From Aplysia californica (lineage: Eukaryota), in the NCBI RefSeq assembly GCF_000002075.1, contig NW_004797330.1, positions 673,368 to 737,367 of the forward strand: 64,000 nt of DNA, written 5' to 3'. Under the pieces are notes generated by a model. It worked only from the letters and a program-made list of their open reading frames with translations. It searched no databases and was not told the DNA's origin. Both the position numbers and the translations under genes were made by a program. Numbering within the stretch: position 1 is the stretch's first letter; every line of letters starts with the position of its first letter. Positions 27,175 to 40,309 of this stretch are shown piece by piece.

Positions 27175-29181
27175 CTGGAAATGGAATAATCAAGAGACAT
27201 TAGGGTGTTTTAAAAGACCCTTCTTCAAAACATACATCCTCAGCATCCTATAATTAAAATAACTGAAAAGTTATCCTCTGCTGGGAGGAATGAAAATTCT
27301 GCTGGCCCCTTTAGTTTATTTACTTATCTGTCCGCAGTTAAACCAAGATAGAAACAAACCGTCGTTTCTCAGATCTCCCCATGCAGGTCTAAAAGTTAGA
27401 TGACAGAATCGGAAAGCCCATTAATTTGGTCATTGCAAACTAAGGTTACGACATATTGTCTCTGATTTTGTCTGAAGCAGGTAAATAAAATAACAGGCAT
27501 GCATCAAAAACATCAAAAAGTTTATGTATTTGAGGATTGTCATCAATACATAACCCATGCTTATGAACCCAGTCCAACAGATGTATGAGTAGGCCTACTT
27601 TTCGAGATGTGGAGATGTCTTGATGGTCTTAAAAGGGAATCTTTATAAGCTTACACTAAACTGTGGCGGCAGGGTGGTGTCGCTGTCTCAAAATGAGCAA
27701 TGTGTAAGCTAGGTTATAGTAAGTAATGCATTAAATGTAGTGACCCTGTGTATACACCCAAAGGGCAGTTAGTAAAATAGGGCCCAAATAAAGACATTTT
27801 TTTATTAGTGGATCAAGATTTTTTCAAAATCTATTTTGGTTTGGTCAATGGGAGTGCCGACAAATCAATAAATGAGCTAGAATTATTTTTTTTCAGTCAG
27901 ACGAAAGTGAACAAGCTATGGAATATTTATGCTTTTATGGACTTTTGCACAACACTACTTACACTACAGATGTAATTTTGAAACTGAATTTGTAAAAGTC
28001 ATTGTCTCCATCTAAGAGTGTTGTAAAAAAAAAAAATGGTTCTCCAAAGAGCCTCCTTTTACCACATTACATAATTTTTCTCTTCATAATTAACATGCCT
28101 ACAAAACTAGTCCACCCTAAAACCTGGTGTTGGTAGATGAAAATAAAATTTTCAAATTAAAGAAATATTGGGAGAAGTGTGGGTAAGAGCAGGAAAAGGC
28201 AAAATTGTGCCACAATGAAGACACTCTCACACCAAGCCTATTCTTTTTGTTTCACATGGGCACTATCCACTTTCGAGCACAACAGCCCCATGATCATTGT
28301 GATAGACAAGCCCAGAAGAAGAGATGCATCACGTGTACCATATTCGCTGATTTCTTAAGTGAAAGAGAAGGAAACAGGGTCGATGGGGTGGTGGTGGCCT
28401 GGACTAATGTCAAAATCCATGCACTGTATGCACATCTAAGTCTAACATCAGCTCACTGAAGCAGTACAGTCACTGAAGGGGTTTTTTTTTATTATAAGAC
28501 ATTCTATTTGTTCTGGTAAAGAAAAAACAACTTGCTTTCTATATTTGTGTGCCTGGTGAAGAATCCTGTTATTTTTTCATCTTCATCATGTACAAACATC
28601 ATTTCCAAACAATACGCTTTTTTAATGTATTTAAGATATCTTCAGTATTTTTTAAATATGGGGGATTTTGTCAGGCAGGGTAAAAGAAACAAAGTTTTGA
28701 GAAAAACAGCTTTTAAGCTTTCCCTTTGTATCTGCTTCAAAAAGATAGATCTATGCTTCAAGATGACATGACAACACATTTGCTACTCACAAACAAACTT
28801 TAAAAAGCAGCTAAGACAAAAGAACAGCTTTAAAGTGTTTATATTACATCTTCGAAACAAGTTCACCAAGACCTTTAACAAAAATTTTCAAAAAATAGAC
28901 CTAGGTTTGCGCAGGGCAGAAATAGGCGATACAACGAAACAAAAGGATGTTGAAACGCAAAAGCTTCGCTTTGTTTACATGTTCTAGATATTCATGCTCA
29001 CTACCCGCCATTAGAGAGGGGAGAGAATGACCTAAATTTGGGTATGCATTGCGATTGAGTTGACTTTATGTATTGACAAGAGAAACCATCCGCAGTGTTT
29101 ACACCTCGTGTCAAAAAACATCTTAAAAAATGTATTTTAAATTAAAACAAACTCAAATCCTTGTAAATATCGATATATTAA

Positions 29182-30087
29182 GGGAATATGCGGCCTGGAA
29201 TTCGAGAAAAAAATCGGATTTTCACAAAGTATTCAATTTTGATGAATTTCGATTGAACAACCATTTCTACACGTCGTCATATGATCAGTTATACAAAAAA
29301 AAAGTTCTTTTCCTGACATAAATTGCCCCTGAAATATGTAGGTATAGGTCTTTCCTCGAGAGTTTTGTTGAAAAACAACTCATAAGCCGAACCAAGTAAC
29401 GTCATAATTCAAACAACACATTGCATCCTTCCCCAAGGTGTTTGGAATGGCTGTTTAGCTCATTTTCCACTTTTTGCATTTCCGGAATCGATACCACGCT
29501 TGACTGCGTGGGAACAAAATATCGAGAAATTTTGAGTGAATATGACTTTTTGGTCATTTTTAGTGATTTTCTCATTTTCCAATTTTTTTCCACAGAAATT
29601 CGTATTACTCAATTATTTGAGAACTAAATTAGGATGAAACTTCGTACACAGGTCTATTATGATGTTGTGCACATTCCTACAACAGGAAAATGTGATTTGT
29701 AAAGTACTTTTTAAGAAAAAGGTTTTTTAACAACCCTACCCCCTTAAATTGTCATTACTGTGGGTACACTAAAGCCTAGAAGCCGTAAAATCTTTGAAAT
29801 AGCTTTAATTGAAAATCTGTGGTCCATGAATTTAGATCTTAGTTTGTTTTATATTCTTAGAAAATTAGAAGAAGATTGGTGTACAATTAATTGAGCTATA
29901 AACTTCTCAATTCATGAATTTTCGTCATCTTGCGACCATTATTTGCCTCTGTCCGCTCAGAACTGTAATAAATGTGAGTTTTGAATCTTTTTTCTCAATC
30001 TCTATCCCACCCAAATGTGTAATTTCAATGTTAAGCCAACTATGAAAGGTCCTCATTTCAAGATAGAAATATCAGTAGCATATTCCC
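29182..30087. mobile_element. Kolobok-like non-autonomous element
   Basis: TTAA|GGGAATATGC ... GCATATTCCC|TTAA. Confidence 0.55.
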
Positions 30088-30630
30088 TTAATGGCTAAAG
30101 AATCCATTTTTAATGGAACTCGGTTTTTGTCAAAAATTATATTTTTGACCTTTGAAGCCTGATATCTCGTTTTTTTTAAATGCTTCTTTTGGTACCTTTC
30201 TTCACCAGGCACACTGTCATTTTTTCAAAACTTGGGTTCACAAATGGGTTATATTTCAACTATGATTAAACAAGATATGCCCCTTGAAATCTCCTTAAAA
30301 TCCAAGTCCTTGTTTTGTCTCCCAAAAATGCAATCCCTTGGCAGAGATCACGGTATTTGACTTGTTCTAAAAGTCCCAAAGCTATGCAGATCTGTTGTTA
30401 TATATCATTTATACCAAAAAGCCAAAACAAAATTTTTCATATAAGTGGAACTTGGAATGAAAACAATTCAGCAATCACACTTCAAATGAATGAAACCCAC
30501 CTACAAAGTGCATACTGTAGAATATTATATATTTTTCCTGTAAATGGTCCATACACATATTTCTTTGATAGTAAGGGACACTTATTTAAGAGTACCCCTG
30601 TAGTTCGACTTCTGGCAAACTGCTACCTAC

Positions 30631-30761
30631 AGTGTTTTTTGTGAACTAGTAACAGCTTCCAGGTTCTTGCTTCGTCTATGAAACATAGGACAATTCTCCC
30701 CACGATGGCAAGTCCCTGTGGCAGCAAATGATGGGCACACGTACGAGTGCAGGTCTTTGCA
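30631..30761 (-). CDS. ZC3H3: ZC3H3 coding exon 8 (completes finger 4, finger 5)
   Basis: CKDLHSYVCPSFAATGTCHRGENCPMFH. Acceptor ttgcag, donor GTAGGT, phase 0 to 2. Confidence 0.85.
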
Positions 30762-31875
30762 CTGCAATATTCAAATAAACAGAATGAGCCACAATTTGTT
30801 TCAACAAATAACTCTTGCATCACATTGAACATAATGTGGTTTGTACTGCTTCATTTTTTTTTTAAAGTCAAGGAGATGCACATCATTCTGATAACAGTCA
30901 TGGAGCTAAAAAGAAAAGAGTAAAACAGTATAACACGGATAGGTCGAACACAGAAGATTCGAAATCCTGCATCCGTCGAGCTGTGCCTGAAGTCCTGTTT
31001 TTTTTCCTTTTTTATCTTTGTAAGAAAATTACGCAAAAATCTCAAACACAAACACAGAATAGTCAAACTAATTGCACCGCTGTAGAGGTCTAAAGTCAAT
31101 GTCCTTTGAGGTGCACTTGAGACAAGATAATAGGAATAATATGAAAAGATATGGAAAAAGGCAAGGTCGTAAAATACCACCTTCCCCCCTCCACAGAAGC
31201 AGCGCCTGTGCTATTTTTAGTGTGCTGCTCGACACGCATGCCTAGGCCCAAGGTCTAGCTAGGCTTGTCTGGAGCAGGTGAGAGGAAAGGTTGTGCATCA
31301 CACGATCTATTGTTTTTCCCTGTAAGTAGCAATCTTTGTTGTTTCCCTTGATTCTCTGACACAGCCGATGCCATAACACTGTTCAGGTATCCTTTGAACT
31401 ACGGATCCCTCGAACTACCAAGATCGGCGCCAATGAATTCAACCTATCCATGTTATACTGTAGTAAAGAAGTATACTTTATCAATGGTTCCCTCCAAACA
31501 CCTTTTAAAAGTGTGGACTCCTCCTACATACAGGTAAAGAAAAACACTCACAAAAGGACACGTGCCTACAAATTTTGTCCACAAATGTCACATTTTACTG
31601 TACAACAGATTTGGACAATAGTGACGTTAAACAAAGTAGAAGGAACCAACAGGCTAAACCAGAGCACTAACAGTTTTGTATGCTGGTGTTAGTGTTATGA
31701 GCTACCCATTACTCAGAATGTTAAAAAGACTAAGTGCACTTTTTGTTTTCAAGAGATCCTACCTGACAATAATGACTCATTACAAGTTACAAGTGCAAAT
31801 GATGAGGCCAGTAGCAAATAGTTGCTAATTTAGATAATGCTTTTAAAAAGGAAAAAAATGATCAGTTATCTTTAC

Positions 31876-32071
31876 CTTCTCCCCTGCTGCACAAAACCCA
31901 TTGAGAAAGTCTTTACAGACCGGAGCCTCGGGGTTCACATTGACATGAAGGTATGGGCAATCTGCTCGCACACATGACCCACGAAGGTAGAACAGACATA
32001 CAGGCATCTTTTGCGCTGAAGCTTGGTGGGAGAAAGGACAGTTCAACACGTCACATTTACCCCTCAGAAAT
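31876..32071 (-). CDS. ZC3H3: ZC3H3 coding exon 7 (CCCH fingers 2-4)
   Basis: FLRGKC..CPFSH...KMPVCLFYLRGSC...CPYLHVNVNPEAPVCKDFLNGFCAAGEK, with canonical splice sites. Confidence 0.93.
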
Positions 32072-32855
32072 CTGGAGGGAAAAAAGAATAGCACTGGTTT
32101 TAGACAAAGGCAATTTGATTTTGAAAAACATAAATACACAGTTGGGCACCGATAACTCAAACAATGTGTTCGACACATTCATAATGTCAACCGATAAAAC
32201 GAAAAATTACAAAGATGTTGAAGAAAATCAAGGGAAGTAACACTGACAGTAAATGGTTGGAAATTAAATCACTAGCAAATTCCCGACACTTCCAGATCCA
32301 TACCTTCAGATTCAACAAGACACACATGTATACAAACACAAACACAGTTCACACACTCTACAGCCTTATGCAGCGCCTAACAGTCTTGTCTTTGAATACA
32401 TCCCACTACCCAGCCTCTGTGACTTGACAAGATTATTGCACAAACATAGCAGCTTTTTCAGTAGTTCTTTTCCACAAGTCAGATATGTCTGTACACCAGT
32501 AACAGAAAACATTAACCCCAAGTCAGAACAGTGAGTGAATTTTTGTTGGGAGATATCAGTGTTTTGCTTGTTCAGTTTATTCAAAAGCTAAAAAGCTTAT
32601 TTGCCAACAACAGTCATGAAAACGGAAACCAACAGTTAAACCCCCCCCGAAAATGTGAAAGGATCATACTGCAAGAAACAAAAGGCTGCCAAAATATAAA
32701 TTTACTTCAGTAAATAAGGGGCAACAATTCAAAGTAAAATGAAATGTTGTAATGTGACTAATAGGACCTTATGTGTAGCATATATTGCAATGTTTTATCC
32801 GAGACAAGATAGGCATTTCTTAAACAAAGTCTAATAGACCACATATCATAATTAC

Positions 32856-33026
32856 CTTGTGCATAAAGCCACTTTGTCAACATCATGGATAAATGGGCAC
32901 TTGTTCCCTCTGTGACATTTTCCAAATCGACCAAAGAAGATGCAATACTTCTTCTTGATCTTATGTTTACGGTTATCTTTCTTGTATTTTGCAGCAGCTA
33001 TAGCAAGGCTCCTGTATACAGCACGA
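32856..33026 (-). CDS. ZC3H3: ZC3H3 coding exon 6 (first CCCH finger)
   Basis: SRAVYRSLAI...YCIFFGRFGKCHRGNKCPFIHDVDKVALCTR matches the ZC3H3 first finger. Confidence 0.92.
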
Positions 33027-33454
33027 CTGTAACAAAGCAAAGAAAGAACAAATGCATACATCTCACCAATGCAAATAAATGACTGCTAAACAATCTCCAC
33101 TTTTGCCCATATCACTTAATAACCAATTCATACACCAGGGGATATCAATACATATTAGATGTCCTTGCATCAGAGCATATGAAGCTAGTAACCATGGTCT
33201 CAATATTCTCAATATTCAAAATGGTAACTGGACAACTGTAACAAAAATGTGAGAGTGGACACTCATACTAATACATCAATGTCATCATTTTTAGTGCAGC
33301 AAAAGATCTAGTGGCACCAACTAAAATTCTTATTTGGCACCTTGGAAGGCAATGATCCATAATGTAATGACAGCACAAATGCTAAGTGCAAATGGACAGA
33401 AATCTTTACTCCTTTAACCTCTTTAAAAGAAGGTATATATTTTTTTGGGTAAGT

Positions 33455-33951
33455 GTTTTACGGCGCTCGCAACCGCATAAGGTCATATGAGCGCGCAGGA
33501 CACACCAGACATTTCCAATTGTTAGGAAATTTTGAATTTGGCGCGGGTGGTGGCTGAAGCCTACTCTTATCGACCAAGGGATCTTTAAAGTGCCCAACTT
33601 GCACTAGGGACCTCCGAGATTTTCCGTCCTTGTCCGAGAAGGTTAGGCGTAGATCATTCTTACCAGAAGAAAAGGGGTGTAGCTGAAAGACAGCGGTAAG
33701 AAGGCGCCAAGGAGTAGCAGTAGAAAAGCTGCAGAAAGAGTCAGGAGCCCAGTAGAGGGGACAAAGGAGGTGAGGGGGGTGGGGGAAGAAAGTGGAGACG
33801 AAAGCAGACGACAGAATATTGCACGAGAGAAGGAAAGAAGGTGAAAGGAGACAATTTTAGAGAAGAATATTTTTCAGTTGCTACCCGGATTCAAACCCGG
33901 GACCTTTGAAAGAGAGGCAAACACCTTAACCTCTAGGCCACGAGAGCCCCC
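33455..33951 (-). mobile_element. Same tRNA-derived SINE family, full length, in a ZC3H3 intron
   Basis: Collinear similarity to 62884-63300 on the opposite strand. Confidence 0.85.
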
Positions 33952-34612
33952 AAATGGAGAAGGTACTTTCCCTACTTTTGGTTTTGTATCATTAGTGTAT
34001 CAAAAGAAAAGACATAAAATATCACTCACTTGCCAACAACTGCCTGAACATGGAAAGAAAATGTGATTTCAAGTCATTGCACTGTGAAAGTTCATGACTT
34101 CTTAGAAAAAATCTCTTGAAAAGCAGTACATAATCAAGCTTAGTCCTAAAGATACACAATGTATAAAAAAGACATGGAAGCAGAGCGTAGTCCACAAAAA
34201 AAAATTCAGCTGAGTGCACATAACAGGTTACAATTACATTCAACAATATAAGATGTATTCTGAACAAAAAAATGACTTATCAGCAACATTCAGTTTGAAG
34301 CGAAAACAAGGTACGGCACACACAGAAAAGTAAAAATCTTGCCCCAATATGAACATCAAGTCTTCCCTGAGTTTGAGAAAAAGAATAATTCAGATGTATA
34401 CAAAAATGATCCAGGTGACTGAAAATTCACAACATTCTTTCATCAAATTTTCAAAATATTGAAATAAAGTAAAAAACTAGCAGTAGCTATGCAATTCTTC
34501 TTAAACAATAAATTCCATTTCCCATTTTCCAAAATTTAAAAACACAAAACAGTACACGCCCAAATCCTATTTTAAAAATATGGTGTTGTGTCAAAAGAAG
34601 AACTGACAATAC

Positions 34613-34754
34613 CTTGCAGCCAACCGTGTCTTATCATTGATGACTTTTCCTAATGCCTGAGGCCTCGCCTTGACATACTGAACTCCTTGAATTTCCACTA
34701 CAGACTTGCTTGTGCCACCGAGTTTCGTCTTACTACCAGAGGGGGACGTGGAGC
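34613..34754 (-). CDS. ZC3H3: ZC3H3 coding exon 5
   Basis: AG/GT boundaries, phase 1 to 2. VEIQGVQYVK...RLAA joins the next exon to give LAASRAVYRSLAI. Confidence 0.8.
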
Positions 34755-36162
34755 CTATCAGACGAGTAAAAGCATTGCACAACATTAAGGATATCAGTCT
34801 TAAAACCAGCAAAACAGCTCTAAAAGAGCCTATACACCTTCAAAAGAAAGAAAAAGGTTTCAATTGTTCACCACCTTAAACAAAAAAATGGGCCTAGCGC
34901 ACTTGAACAATAATAACCAAAAATGACTCGCGTCCGTTTTCACTTCAAGATTACCATCCACCCCCCACCCCCACCCCCAGTAGCAACAAGAAAAACCTTT
35001 TCCCACAGGATAGCAGTTTGAATTCCCTTACATACTGGATTATTCTTTTAAAATTAATATTATTTTAAAAAGCACTTTGTTATGCAAGTACAGTCTAACC
35101 TGCCTTAACAGGAACCTGTATAAAACGTAAACCTGTCTTAACGGAATCTCCCCCCCTTGATATATTCCTCTCTAATTACCTGTACAAAACAGAAACCTGT
35201 CGAACGCAGAAACGGAGAGAAAAATTCGCTCCCTTCCAAGGGTTCCACCTGTCTTATACGGAAAATGCTTTGCTCGCTCAGCCTGATTTGAAACAAAACT
35301 CGCAAGTTTGGTTCCGCCGGCTCTAAATGTAAATGACATGGCCATGCTGCTGGGCGAGGAAGGGGAGATGGGGTGCAATTTGGGGGTAGATGTTGCCCCA
35401 TCATTCGAGCCCTGAGGGATGCAGGTGGTCAGGGTAGAGTAGGTGTGAAATATTCATGACTGCCCATGAGAGTGCTCGAGTAGCAACCACTACGGAAACT
35501 TTCCTGGGTAGCCAGAAGCCAGAGGTGTGAAATTAGATTGACCAATGCCTGCCGCCATGATTGTACAGCCAGCCAAGAAAAGAGTTCCTCGAATCGCTGT
35601 TACATGATGGCAGTGAGGGGTGGCACTGGTTGACTGTGTTTGTTACACCGGTGGGTGGGATTAAGGGTGGAAGCAAAGGTGGTGTTCAAACGTTTCTGTT
35701 TTTAATAGGTCAAAGAGTGGTCCTATGAAAGGCAAGCACTGGTGGTAATTGGATAAGTAAGACTGATGGACGTCATTATCAGACAGGATAGCAATAGAGA
35801 GGTGAGAAGTTTTGACCACTGCTTGCCAATCGGACAAGCGTTCCTTGATCCCACCGGCGGGCCTTTGACCCCCCCCTCTTCCCATCTCCCTCTAAATTCC
35901 CCTGTCTAAGATGGAATCTGTTTCTCTTTTCTGGCTCCCTTGCGATTCCGTCGTACACAGGTTCGACAGTACTTTAGACCATGAATCTTGAATATTTAAC
36001 ACTTCTAACAACTGAAAAAATATTAAGTGGGCATTATACGGTACAAACCATTACTAATACTCTGACCTCGGTATGCTCGAAAGCTCTTCATTTAAATTTT
36101 AGTAACGAAGGAGCACCAGTTATATCTGACACTAACACCATGTTCATTCGGGAAAATCTTAC

Positions 36163-36255
36163 TTGTGTTAGTTCGGCACAACCGCTTGCAAGCTGCATCC
36201 ACCTGGAAAAGAATTCCTCGCACGGAGATCAGCTTCAGCTTTCGTTGACGCAAAT
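36163..36255 (-). CDS. ZC3H3: ZC3H3 coding exon 4 (absent from ORF track)
   Basis: ctctcag|...|gtaag, 93 nt, phase 1 to 1, open frame LRQRKLKLISVRGILFQVDAACKRLCRTNT. Confidence 0.7.
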
Positions 36256-37210
36256 CTGAGAGAAATTGCAAAGGTGCAACTAAAGTTCACTTGTAGCTTA
36301 GGGTGGGTCAACACAATAATAGCCTAAAAATTACCAAGAACAGTCAGAAAAATATTACAACATGAATCAATAACCATAATAACAACAATGATGTAAAATT
36401 AATAAACAACACTTTATTGATCTTCGTTGGGAAAGTTGAATGTTACACACACACACAGAGTTTCAATATTCTTCTGTTGGAAGACTTCTGTGTCTGGTGG
36501 GGGCCAGTCAAAAATGATCTACAAAATTCTGCTAAGAACTAGAACTGTACCCCAGCAGAATACGTTTAGCTATACAACATTTAATAGAAAAGTTGTCACA
36601 CTGTGGGGAAGATTTCTTTTTTACTATGACCCAGAGCTATTGTTGCCTCATTATATGACTTTCAAGACCCTTTTCCAGCAACAATAAAACCTGTCACGGT
36701 GACCACCTCAACCAGGATATCATCAGCTTGATCAGCCATATGATATGAAGAAAAGTCATTTTAATTTCCTGAAAAATTTGACATCCGTACAGCCTTCGTA
36801 ATACAAACCTTGCCCCTTTCATCAAGCCTCAGCCAAGACAGAGAAAAAGATAAGACAATAAAAAACACCTAAAAATTCGATACATTCACTATCTTGACTG
36901 ATAGTAGTCAGATATTTGCTCCACCTTAAATGTTGATGGTGGGCCTTTTATTTGCATTATTGTCATTGGATTCCTAAATAACCCCCAAAATACCCAAACC
37001 AACCAGCAAAGAATAAAAGTCAAGGGGGCAGTATCAAATCTTCAACCTAAAACGCATAAATTTGAGCATTAATCTAGTAATCAAGAGCGGTCATTATCTC
37101 ACAAACTACTTATTACTGCCCATCAGTTAGTACGGTATGTGCCTGAATTGATCACGATTCATATATATGAACAAAAAGCAATCTCCTCACACAACTTTTA
37201 CTGCACTTAC

Positions 37211-37419
37211 TTTTGATGATGGGAGATTTTTTTTTTGCCTGTGATGGAAAGTTTGTTGCCTTCATTTTGCCCTGAGCTGGCAAGATGCTCGAAGAATTTT
37301 CTTTAGCTTTCGTCAGCTTAGAGTTGGACGCTTTGTACAATTGACCATCAATCATGCATAGGCGAAACTTTCCAGTTTCAGGTTTTCCAGTCTGATGATG
37401 GTTTCGTAAAACAGATGTT
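37211..37419 (-). CDS. ZC3H3: ZC3H3 coding exon 3
   Basis: AG/GTAAG boundaries, phase 2 to 1. MIDGQLYKASNSKLTK resembles the conserved IGGVxYKVSANKL motif. Confidence 0.8.
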
Positions 37420-37462
37420 CTGAAAATTAAAAGATACATAGGTAGATTGTAAGACACTTTAA

Positions 37463-37702
37463 CCCTATCCGTACATCCTGTTTTACTATCGTATCCTTAC
37501 GACGTGGGGAACTCTGTGCCACCACTTTCCAAAGAGGAAATTTACTCATTAATCCGATCCGTACGCTTTGCATAGCAGTCCGTCAAAATGATTTTTTGAG
37601 AAATACTGAAAGTTTCAGAGAGATCTTCGCCCTAGAAGTATTCTAAAATGTGAAGAATACAACCCCTGGGGTACAAAGTGACTCCAGGGCGTACGGATAG
37701 GG
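37463..37702. mobile_element. piggyBac-like MITE
   Basis: TTAA|CCCTATCCGTAC ... GTACGGATAGGG|TTAA. Confidence 0.75.
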
Positions 37703-38185
37703 TTAATAATACAGGGAACCCTTTACAGAAAAAAGAAAATGAGGGCAAAAAAACAATGCTGATAAAAAAAAGTAAACTGATAGAAATGCTAACAAGATAG
37801 AAGGGGCATGAAGTTGTAAGTGATCCCAAGTGAGTGAATGCATAAGTAAAACAGAAAACTTTCAATTCCTCAAAACTATTTCAGAATTATCAGAAAAGTC
37901 TTTCAACAGTTTAATGTTTATGAGCCACATGAGGTGCTTATGAATCAATCATCTGAGTTAACACAGCCCTGGTCCTGGTGACTATATGCTTCCCAGCACA
38001 TTTGAAACCACAAGTGTTGACTTCCCATAGCCATGTAATCACATTAAAAAATGAAGTTTACCCACACCTGAGGAGTGGTGTGAATGTAGTCTCTTGCAGT
38101 ACATTTCACAAGATGGTAATGAAAAATTATGCAAATGCTTGGATAAGCAACCACAACAAAATGTCCCACAAAACATATCTCATAC

Positions 38186-38309
38186 CTTTGAAATCTCTTC
38201 CATTGGGCCAGCTTTAGATCTTGCTGTCTACGAAGTACAGGAGAAGTCATATTTCTTCTTGACCCTGGCCTGAACCACGAAAACTTTGAAGGCATAAGAC
38301 CGGATGATG
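38186..38309 (-). CDS. ZC3H3: ZC3H3 coding exon 2
   Basis: AG/GT boundaries, phase 1 to 2. PSKFSW resembles the PSKYKW motif of ZC3H3. Confidence 0.75.
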
Positions 38310-39185
38310 CTAAAGGAAATGAACGTTAGAGAATTCACAATTATACATTCAGTCGACAATGTCTATCTTTTTCTGTTAGATTTTTATGCCATAACATCGC
38401 TGTGATGCAAACTAAAGAAACAGAAGCATTCTGATCTGCAAACTACATCAAAGTTTTATAACCCGCGCATAAAAATATATGTTCATGTAATATTGCCCAT
38501 GAAAGCAAACAGTAAACAAATATTGATCACAGGAAGGAGACACAGCTTGAAAATGTTTTCCTAGAGAGAACTTAATTTGTCTTTAAATGGCAAAGATGTT
38601 TCATTATTTTAAAAATACATTTTATTCTGGGGAACTATTGCAGCCTTTATATATTTCAGTGTGAGATGTTACCAAAACAAACAAAAATAGGATGAAATAA
38701 ATAGTTGCCTGCTCCAACGACCATCCGTCCAAGACAATCACCAGTAGAACTGACCATTTCCACCATACATTTTTTTAATGACACTCTATCTAAGAGGCCA
38801 TCTGTCTAAGCAGAAAACTTTTCCCCTCAACAACAGGTGGTCATCTTGGACAAGTTTGACTAATTTCCTACACGTATTCTATTTACTTCCACATTTTTCT
38901 TTATACGTAATTGACTTTTTTTTTTTACGCTCCTTTTGACAACCACGACTTCTCCGACCAGCTGACAACTGTCAAAGAGACGATTCAAAGTGACCACACA
39001 GACGACAACAACATAGACGAAGACTATGACAAGAGCAAGGAAATTTTTGTGCTTAATGTTAATGAGGTCAAGATCATGTTTAATCGTCTGAAAGCTCACA
39101 AAGCGAGTGGACCCGATGGAGTGAAAAGTGAAATAATCTTCCATTTATACTGACATTTTCAATGTCTTTGAAAGAACGAATAGTA

Positions 39186-40309
39186 CAGTAGAACACGGCT
39201 ATAGCGGGACATTCGGTACCAGAAGAAAAATCCCGTTGTAAGCGTGCTCCTGCCATAGGAATGCAAAGGGGAAATTACCTAAAAATTTCTAAAAATACAC
39301 ATGATCACCTCCCTTCAATATCAATAAAATTTGCGCTTTCGGTTAGTCTTCCTTTTTTTATCAACTTTTTTTCTTTTTTTCGGGGGGGGGTTAGTGTTTT
39401 ACGGTGCTTGCAACTGCATAAGGTCATATGAGCGCACGGGACACACAAAACATTTTCAATGGGTAGGAAATTTTGAATTTTGCCAAGGTGGCAGCCGAAG
39501 CCTACTCTTATCGTTTTGGACCACCAAGGGATCTTTTTAATTTAACGTGCGCAAATTGCACACGGGACCTCCGAGATTTTTCGCCCTTGTCCGAGAAGGT
39601 TAGGTTTAGATCTTTCCTACCAGGGGTGTGGAAGAAAGACTGCAGTAAGAAGGAGCCAAAGAGTAGCAGTAGCAAGGCTGCAGAAAGAGTCAGGAGCCCA
39701 GTGGAGGGGGCATAGGAATTGTCAACTTGGTTGATTATCACGGCCTTTAATTCAAGTGAGAAGCATTTCCTTTTGTCTTTGTTGGATGCCATGTTCTCCT
39801 CGGTCTCATTGCTTGTGCTGTCTATCGTACCGGAAGAGCAACAGTAGAACTGGTGAAGTGGATGTGTACGTATGCCTATGAGCATCAACGATCGCAGTTC
39901 AATGAATCAGGAATCACACACTACACACTCTCCTCTTCTTTTACTTTTTGGCCTAGCATAACCCTAGGACTATGGCCTATACGCTTTCATACTGAACCTC
40001 TAAGCTACGGCACATCACTTTTGGAGTGGCTCACATAACACGTCTCTCCACACCAGCTCTCTCTGCCGCCTGCCCCACCTCACTCCTCACTGGACTTGCC
40101 ATTCACAATGCCGTACCGTGGACTGCCTGTTTGGAGTCGGTCTACAGCCCCCAACCCCCTTTCCCCCTGCTAGAGCTCGCTCGATCTCTCCTGCTGTATC
40201 CGAGTTCGGGCCTTTCCTCGCCCCAGTAAACCCGAGCACATGTAATTGAGTTTACATACAGAGAAAAAGGGAGATTCCAGTAAGGTCCCGCTGTAGTCAT
40301 GTTCTATTG
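39186..40309 (-). mobile_element. Non-autonomous Tigger/pogo-like element with HTH remnant
   Basis: TIRs CAGTAGAACACGGCTATAGCGGG / CCCGCTGTAGTCATGTTCTATTG with a TA duplication. Removing it restores the LINE reading ...ERIV|PLSWK. Internal MASNKDKRKCFSLELKAVIINQVD is CENP-B/psq HTH-like. Confidence 0.85.
39395..39712 (-). mobile_element. 5'-truncated copy of the SINE, nested in a Tigger-like element
   Basis: Centre and tail match; the tRNA head is absent. Confidence 0.8.

Noticed and set aside
27175-27250. ATG at 27200 as a separate gene, or an acceptor at 27248
   Set aside because: All frames from 27247 hit stops. The acceptor at 27175 is phase-compatible with the upstream ZC3H3 exon.
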